Source: a virus. From it: a DNA stretch of 64,000 bases. The stretch is from positions 27,953 through 91,952 of IMG/VR virus record IMGVR_UViG_3300034101_003795. The stretch is one strand, 5' to 3'. The translations under genes were made by a program, and so were the position numbers. Positions 58,270 through 64,000 of the stretch are shown here, one piece after another. The notes under the pieces are model-generated. The model did not search any database. It was not told the DNA's origin and saw only the letters and a program-made list of their open reading frames with translations. Numbering within the stretch: position 1 is the first letter of the stretch; every line of letters begins with the position of its first letter.

Positions 58270-58674
58270 CTAGTTGAGTATTTCAAATAATCCTTTATAG
58301 TATCGTGGTTGCCTAATAATATGTCCAGCATGACTCTGTAAATGTAATTCGTAGTCTTTGTGTAATTTATTATAAACAAAATATTTCATTTTCCAAATTC
58401 CTTCATTATACTGATTATTCCCCAAATACAGGGAGGTTTTATTCACCACTGTATTGGAGAAGTAATCATTCACAGGCAACGAAACAAACTGGAATCCATC
58501 AACAGGTTCGATTTTATATTGAGGTAGTTTATCAATAATTTCTTCTAATACTTCTTTATCTATCCATTGATAATCTATTTTATTCAATAAACTATCCATA
58601 TATTTCTTGATCCACTCAGTATCTATCTGAAAGTAGAATTTATAAGGATCGTCATTATTTTCTTTATCGTTCAT
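58270..58674 (-). CDS. hypothetical protein
   Basis: ORF 134 aa. Confidence 0.55.
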   Translation of the reverse strand: MNDKENNDDPYKFYFQIDTEWIKKYMDSLLNKIDYQWIDKEVLEEIIDKLPQYKIEPVDGFQFVSLPVNDYFSNTVVNKTSLYLGNNQYNEGIWKMKYFVYNKLHKDYELHLQSHAGHIIRQPRYYKGLFEILN

Positions 58675-58682
58675 AATTTAAA

Positions 58683-58746
58683 AAGGAATTAGGGGATCGA
58701 ACCCTAAGAGTTAGCACTAACTAATCCAGTCCCCAGACTATTCCTT
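58683..58746 (-). ncRNA. tRNA-like structured element without a canonical anticodon loop
   Basis: Acceptor-like AAGGAAT/ATTCCTT, T-arm TAGGG-TTCGATC-CCCTA, two short hairpins in between. Confidence 0.6.
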
Positions 58747-58755
58747 TGCTTTTAA

Positions 58756-59622
58756 TCAGTTATAACCATCCATATGATTATCTTCATCATGATAATAGGT
58801 TTCATCAATATCTTCCTCATCATCATTCCAGCCCCAATCATAATCATCATTAAGATCCTCTTCATCATCATCGTAGTCATCTTCAGTAAAGACAGACGAA
58901 TAAAGAGGCTTGAGAAGTTCGCCTTGATACTCTCCGACAACTTCATATCGGCAAGTGCGAAGTTTCTCATAGTTACAATCACTAGGAACACTCACAACAT
59001 CAGCAGGATTAATCTTAACGATAACAATCTTATCGCCAGATTCAAGACTTCCATAACCGGCCACATAATTCAATGCACCAGCATGAAGCCCATTAGAACA
59101 ACCTCGGCCACGATCATCATCTACTTTTGATCGTGTCATTTCGCAAACATTGCCAACATGATTATCAAAGACTCCGCGATATTTGTCCATGTAATCTGAC
59201 CTGACTGCCTTATAAGCAAGGAAATAACCATCCTCAGTAATAGGCAGATGCTCATGCTCAAGGAAATCATAGAGTTCCTTTTGACTCTGCATACTAGGAT
59301 TTTCCATAAGATTATTCAGGAAATTAACAAGAGGCTGAAAAGGAAGACCCTTACTCATAAACTCCAGAATTCTCTTACTGATAGATCCGTGAACAACCTC
59401 ACCCTCATAAGTTACCTGACCATTCTTGATCTCAACAAGACCGTCACTAAAAGTAGCAACTGCCTTCTCAATATCAATCATTTCAAGCAACTCGTCAGAT
59501 GTTGCAGTAGGCAATGCCTCCAGAATCATCTTATAGTTAAGATGGTCAGGCAGAACTTGAAAACTCTTGTTGTTCAGCACAACCGTCAGATTACCATCAA
59601 CAAACATAAACGGAACACTCAT
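58756..59622 (-). CDS. rIIB: rIIB-like protein
   Basis: LPITEDGYFLAYKAVR, CSNGLHAG, VKINPADVVSVPSD, KLRTCRYEV; follows rIIA. Confidence 0.85.
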   Translation of the reverse strand: MSVPFMFVDGNLTVVLNNKSFQVLPDHLNYKMILEALPTATSDELLEMIDIEKAVATFSDGLVEIKNGQVTYEGEVVHGSISKRILEFMSKGLPFQPLVNFLNNLMENPSMQSQKELYDFLEHEHLPITEDGYFLAYKAVRSDYMDKYRGVFDNHVGNVCEMTRSKVDDDRGRGCSNGLHAGALNYVAGYGSLESGDKIVIVKINPADVVSVPSDCNYEKLRTCRYEVVGEYQGELLKPLYSSVFTEDDYDDDEEDLNDDYDWGWNDDEEDIDETYYHDEDNHMDGYN

Positions 59623-59658
59623 GATATAAACTCCTATTGTTTTTAGTTACCTTGTGAA

Positions 59659-62319
59659 TTACTTAATCAAACTACTCAACTGAATCTTAAACAAATCAAC
59701 CTTATCACTATCCATAGTCTCAACCCATATAGCATTATTTCTCTTACCATAATAATTATCAGCAAATTGAGAGATAGGATTATTCTTACTGTCCAAATGT
59801 CTAAGACTGCCGTTATTTTGGTTGCTTCCCATAACATACTTCAACATCGGGTTCTTGTCAACCTCGACTTTAAGAATTTTCTTCAAGTCTGCCGCTTTGG
59901 TCAACTTATACTTGATTGCTTTAGTCTCAGACTTAAACAACTTAGTATATCCCTCAATATCGTCAGAATGGTCAAACATCTGATGTTGAATATTTATAAG
60001 AGTGTTATACTGTACATTTTTCTTTTTGAGTTCCTTACTATCAAGATTATCAATACCTCGATCCTTGAGCAAAGAGTTAATATGGTCAAAATATTCAGTC
60101 TGAGAGAATAGTTTCAGATCAAAAGTTTCTCTGTGCATAGTATCAGCAAAGAATTCCATTACAAGAAAACTATCAATAACATTGGATAGTTCAGTATTCT
60201 TGATATATTTCTTATAGTCAAGACCAAAAATACTCAACATATGACAAGAGAACTGGCTAACCAGTGTTCCATAATTGTAATAATGATTATCGTTATCTCC
60301 ATCCTTACTGATAAATTCCTTTTTGTAGAATTCAACAATAGAGTTGTACTCATTGGTATTGTTAAAATAATTCTTAATCTTTGTTGAGAGAATCTTCTTG
60401 AACCAAGTGTTAAAGTCAACAAGATTGTGTCCTTCACTAGTCATTTTTGCTACAAAATTACTCTTGATAGCATAAACCTTCACATCTCCAAATAGTCCCT
60501 TGATATTCTCATTACCAAATAGCGATACAATCTTATTAATCTTGGGAAACTCTGGTGTGCTTTGATAACGAAGAATAGGAACATAAATGATAGAATCACT
60601 ATCACTCAATTCATCTAGTTCGTCACTTGTAAGAGTCTTCAAACTAAGAGCATCGTTATATTCGACACTAAGTTTACCAGAATCCTTAGACTGACCATGA
60701 ATAAAGAATATATCTTGATCGCTAACACTTCCATTACTATTCCTAACTCCAGTTTTACGAGGGCCAGAACTTTGAGTAAGATGCTTATAGTCAGAAACCT
60801 TTAACAGATTGTCAGCACCAACATCATTAATCAGATCATCAAAACCCTTGTCGCTTTGAGTATGATCCTTTGTGTCCATAATCATGTAAGCAAAACAATC
60901 ATTTTGATTACAATAACGTGTCACAATCTTCTTGGCAGTTTCTTCACCCTTAACGTCACAAACAAAAAAAGCAATTTTCCCATTCTTCTTCTGACTATTC
61001 CAGTAAGAATATCCCTTACCAGTAAGAGTATCATGATGGATTTTGTCTGTTAGAGAAATAAGGCGTCGTGAACGATACCCGCTGCTCTTGTAATTAAAAA
61101 CGTACAGGTTCTTGCCAGCCTTGATTTTATATTCAAGGTCAGCACCACTATTAATATTGTGGCTCTTACCATTAGGGTCAGTCCAAGATGCACCAACACC
61201 CCATCCACCAGACAATTCATTCATCTGATAATATGTTGTGATAGCCTCGATCTTAGTCTTAGCAGCAGAAATCTTCTTACTAAATTCATCCTTCATCTCA
61301 AGATAAATCTCTTGAGTCTTTTGACGCAGACTCTTAATTACGCTCTTAGTATACTGCAAACCTTCACGGGAAACATCCATTTCCAGTTCGCCAATACCAA
61401 AATCAAGTTCCAGATAAAGACCAGAGTTAATGATCTCACTAACAAAACTCTTCCACGAATCAATATCGGCCTTCTGGAAAGCCCTATTCCACTTGGCAAT
61501 ATGATCTGGTTGATCCTCCTTCTCCTGCCCAATAATCTGAGCAGTCTGAACAGGATACGCAATATTACCCATGATAGCAACAACACCACTATCAATACGT
61601 TGGTAGTTATTAGGATAATACTGGGTATCGTTATTAAGTCTGCAAACTCTCCAGCCGTTACCACTAATAACAATATTGGTATTGCTATACTTATGATCTT
61701 GCAGATTATCTCCAAGTCCACCTTCAATAATGGGTTTCATTCGGAAATAATGGAAAATCCTGATAGCCTTATTTGTAAACTCACTAAAATCGTGGTTCTT
61801 AACAGCAAAACTGATTTCAAGACCATTAGCCTCATCAGTTTCGCAAGTATTAAAAAGATTCAGAGTGGGAACACCGCTATCATCAATAGCAGCAATATAG
61901 GTATACTTAGTTCCATTAAAATAAGAACTGGTGGTAAAACTCTTGGTATAAGCAAACGGACTCTTGCTACCAAGACCAAGACAACCAACAAAATCGTTGC
62001 TATCGTTTTTATTAGAAGCACCGTAGGTTGTATACAGGTTCTCCATATCGCCCTGACTAAGACCAGTGCCATAATCACGCACGGTAAAAGAAGGATTAGC
62101 AGATGTTGGCAAGATCACCTTGAAGGGATTCTTATTACCAGCACTAATATGACTATCATAAGCATTAGTAGACAGTTCACGAATAACTGCCATCACCTTA
62201 TCGGAATAAAGAGAATCCGAAAGGATTTTAAACATTTTGCTGGTCTGAGCGATTGTAAAACCAGACTCGCTACGAACACCAGCACTATGAGTCTCAATAA
62301 CGCGATCTGCCAACTTCAT
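59659..62319 (-). CDS. rIIA: rIIA-like protein (GHKL ATPase N-domain)
   Basis: FKILSDSLYSDKVMAVIRELSTNAYDSH, DYGTGL, GLGSKSPFAY, SREGL. Confidence 0.88.
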   Translation of the reverse strand: MKLADRVIETHSAGVRSESGFTIAQTSKMFKILSDSLYSDKVMAVIRELSTNAYDSHISAGNKNPFKVILPTSANPSFTVRDYGTGLSQGDMENLYTTYGASNKNDSNDFVGCLGLGSKSPFAYTKSFTTSSYFNGTKYTYIAAIDDSGVPTLNLFNTCETDEANGLEISFAVKNHDFSEFTNKAIRIFHYFRMKPIIEGGLGDNLQDHKYSNTNIVISGNGWRVCRLNNDTQYYPNNYQRIDSGVVAIMGNIAYPVQTAQIIGQEKEDQPDHIAKWNRAFQKADIDSWKSFVSEIINSGLYLELDFGIGELEMDVSREGLQYTKSVIKSLRQKTQEIYLEMKDEFSKKISAAKTKIEAITTYYQMNELSGGWGVGASWTDPNGKSHNINSGADLEYKIKAGKNLYVFNYKSSGYRSRRLISLTDKIHHDTLTGKGYSYWNSQKKNGKIAFFVCDVKGEETAKKIVTRYCNQNDCFAYMIMDTKDHTQSDKGFDDLINDVGADNLLKVSDYKHLTQSSGPRKTGVRNSNGSVSDQDIFFIHGQSKDSGKLSVEYNDALSLKTLTSDELDELSDSDSIIYVPILRYQSTPEFPKINKIVSLFGNENIKGLFGDVKVYAIKSNFVAKMTSEGHNLVDFNTWFKKILSTKIKNYFNNTNEYNSIVEFYKKEFISKDGDNDNHYYNYGTLVSQFSCHMLSIFGLDYKKYIKNTELSNVIDSFLVMEFFADTMHRETFDLKLFSQTEYFDHINSLLKDRGIDNLDSKELKKKNVQYNTLINIQHQMFDHSDDIEGYTKLFKSETKAIKYKLTKAADLKKILKVEVDKNPMLKYVMGSNQNNGSLRHLDSKNNPISQFADNYYGKRNNAIWVETMDSDKVDLFKIQLSSLIK

Positions 62320-62364
62320 CTTTATGTCTCCAAATGTCCTGTGAATCGTTCCTGTGATAGTCCA

Positions 62365-62392
62365 ATCATACCACAGTGTTATCGGTTGTCAA
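62365..62392 (-). promoter_or_regulatory. sigma70-type early promoter for rIIAB
   Basis: TTGACA-N16-TATGAT with TG extended -10. Confidence 0.8.
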
Positions 62393-62631
62393 GCCCCTCT
62401 ATCTTTAGATTGTATCGCCATCCATCCTAAATATGCCGTAAGGATTCCAAAAAATCTGAGTAAATTAACTGGCAAAAAACACCAATATATTCCTATTAAA
62501 ATGCTCAAAAGTCCCATTATGTATATTACGAATTTTGGAATGAATCTTGATTTACTTAATAACCAAGTTGCTGGCCCAAGTAGCACCACAAATAAAAACA
62601 TTAGTGATACTAATAGTGCTAAACTAGCCAT
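62389..62631 (-). CDS. small multi-TM membrane protein
   Basis: Three hydrophobic segments; TAATG coupling. Confidence 0.7.
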   Translation of the reverse strand: MASLALLVSLMFLFVVLLGPATWLLSKSRFIPKFVIYIMGLLSILIGIYWCFLPVNLLRFFGILTAYLGWMAIQSKDRGA

Positions 62632-62984
62632 TAACTTTCGTCCTCACGGCTATTCCATTCGCTTTCTTCTTCCTCATCTTCATCTTCTTCTTCGTCATCA
62701 TCATAAGCGAAACTTCTTTCATCATAAGGAGTCCAATCTTCTTCGTCATCTGAATCATTCATTGATTCGGCATCTTCAATAAAGACTGTAATAGTATTAA
62801 GTATATCAAATAACTTAATAAGAGTATCGTCCATAGACTTTATCTTATTTTCTATATTTTTGACACTTTTTTTAAGATCAGCAATTTCTTTAACTACTTC
62901 TTTAGATATACTATTATCTATACTATGTAGTTCTTTATTTTGCTTATTGATTTCTCTGATTATATCGTTAAATTCTTTAGACAT
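62631..62984 (-). CDS. coiled-coil protein with acidic tail
   Basis: AAGGAG RBS; heptad N-half; DDDEEEDEDEEEE tail. Confidence 0.7.
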   Translation of the reverse strand: MSKEFNDIIREINKQNKELHSIDNSISKEVVKEIADLKKSVKNIENKIKSMDDTLIKLFDILNTITVFIEDAESMNDSDDEEDWTPYDERSFAYDDDEEEDEDEEEESEWNSREDES

Positions 62985-63007
62985 AAATAATACTCCTTAT
63001 ACTAAAG

Positions 63008-63015
63008 AATACACC
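63008..63015 (-). promoter_or_regulatory. putative phage promoter motif GGTGTATT
   Basis: Intergenic, upstream of a separate AAGGAG RBS. Confidence 0.45.
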
Positions 63016-63017
63016 AT

Positions 63018-63548
63018 CTAATCACACCAATAACCATTACCACAACAACAAGAATATCTATTGCAATACCCGCATTTTGGGCCAGGAGTTGCCATTCCCC
63101 AAGCATTAGCATTACAGTCAAAACTCTCAGGCCCAGTATCAATACATACTAATTTAGCCTTATTGTTTCTTTTAATATATCCCACATTCCAATAATGACA
63201 ATCCCAAAATCTCAGTTTCGTTTTATTTTCAATAGTTTTTACTAGATTTTGAATATCTCGCAGACGTTTTTTCATCACCTTTTCGTCAAGAATTTTTGCA
63301 CGTTCTGTAACATATCCCCAATCAGTATCATCGCCCCATTCGTATTTTAATTTGGTTATTTTACCAATAACTTTTGGAGCAAGATCAAATTTACTCAATA
63401 GTTTTTGTTTGTTATAGGCTATAGTGGCACTCTTTTTACTACCAAATTGTTTGAATCCAAGAGTTTTATCCTCTTTTATCCAATAAAATTCAGCACAACC
63501 ACCTTCCTCAAAACAACCAAAACCATCATCGTGAATTGTATACTTCAT
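63018..63548 (-). CDS. minimal protein-kinase-like (APH/RIO-type fold) protein
   Basis: EEGGCAEFY, GFKQF, LAPKV, YVTE, DCHYWNVG (DxHxxN), CIDTG. Confidence 0.6.
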   Translation of the reverse strand: MKYTIHDDGFGCFEEGGCAEFYWIKEDKTLGFKQFGSKKSATIAYNKQKLLSKFDLAPKVIGKITKLKYEWGDDTDWGYVTERAKILDEKVMKKRLRDIQNLVKTIENKTKLRFWDCHYWNVGYIKRNNKAKLVCIDTGPESFDCNANAWGMATPGPKCGYCNRYSCCCGNGYWCD

Positions 63549-63864
63549 CTTCTCTGATAATATTCCCTGTTAGTTGTTCAACAATATCAATTGCAGTTTT
63601 TAGTTCACTTGTTTCCAGAATTTTAATAGGAGTTCGTGCAAAATCAAACTTAAATGTTCCAGTAACCATATAGTACGGCTCATCAATTCCTATACCATCA
63701 ACGTTAAAGTATTCTTCTAAAGAATTTACTTCTTCTGGTATGAGTCCGCCATTATAGTCACTAATATCTCGAATAGTGTCAATATGATAATGAAGAATAT
63801 GAGATCGTGGATTACCTTCATTAGAACACCATCCCTTAAAATACCTATTTGGATAACTTACCAC
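63526..63864 (-). CDS. hypothetical protein
   Basis: GTG start, overlaps neighbours. Confidence 0.55.
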   Translation of the reverse strand: MVSYPNRYFKGWCSNEGNPRSHILHYHIDTIRDISDYNGGLIPEEVNSLEEYFNVDGIGIDEPYYMVTGTFKFDFARTPIKILETSELKTAIDIVEQLTGNIIREDEVYNSR

Positions 63865-64000
63865 TTTTCCAATCCCCTTTTAGAAATTCTTCTCTGTTTG
63901 AATAGAGAGGTATTAGTCTATCATCCTTGTCATCAAATCTATTATAGTGCAAAGTTAGATTGTATAGGTCATGTCGGTCATTGATTAAACCATAAGCAAC
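63845..64000 (-). CDS. hypothetical protein, 5'-truncated by window edge
   Basis: Open frame VAYGLINDRHDLYNL...KSGKLSK ending in TAG at 63845. Confidence 0.5.
   Translation of the reverse strand, partial: VAYGLINDRHDLYNLTLHYNRFDDKDDRLIPLYSNREEFLKGDWKSGKLSK

Noticed and set aside
58683-58746. Canonical tRNA or tmRNA gene
   Set aside because: No 7-nt anticodon loop, no U8, no G3-U70 pair or tag reading frame; reported as tRNA-like instead
61159-62430. 423-aa plus-strand ORF
   Set aside because: Antisense shadow of rIIA with no RBS or motif; explained by sense-strand codon bias
9807-63984. Many short plus-strand ORFs (e.g. 12754, 23298, 35501, 58774, 59248, 62354)
   Set aside because: They lie opposite well-supported minus-strand genes and have shadow-like composition
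1-64000. Stop-codon reassignment
   Set aside because: Conserved genes are full-length in code 11, and TAA, TGA and TAG all end genes at expected positions

Overview
AT-rich, densely coding 64 kb segment that reads as part of a large (jumbo-type) tailed phage genome using the standard genetic code. The first 9.3 kb (+ strand) holds large virion/tail-type genes, including a 1626-aa FGE-sulfatase/C-type-lectin, DUF11 and SprB-like mosaic. The rest (- strand) encodes: (1) a bacterial-style replisome and recombination set (SSB, intein-less split DnaE with a DEDDh exonuclease between the halves, Cas4/AddB-like nuclease, DnaG, DnaB, RecA, RuvB); (2) nucleotide metabolism (class II RNR, dNMP kinase, dCMP deaminase, GMP reductase, PhoH); (3) a membrane-protein cluster around a papain-like protease; (4) ClpP, a catalytically eroded DeoC and a sigma factor; (5) two glycosylation clusters; (6) rIIA/rIIB. 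Best candidates for novelty: a gene run of Zn-ribbon/RuvA-domain-III fusion, RuvB, membrane protein and actin-like ATPase; a five-gene pathway predicted to make a branched 3,6-dideoxy (yersiniose-type) sugar, next to ADP-heptose genes and a split GT9; an anticodon-less tRNA-like RNA just after rIIB; and two promoter classes (CTTGAC-N16/17-TATRAT and GTGTATT). All calls come from reading motifs by eye; no searches were run. Start coordinates were refined where the RBS or gene overlaps indicated a better start.
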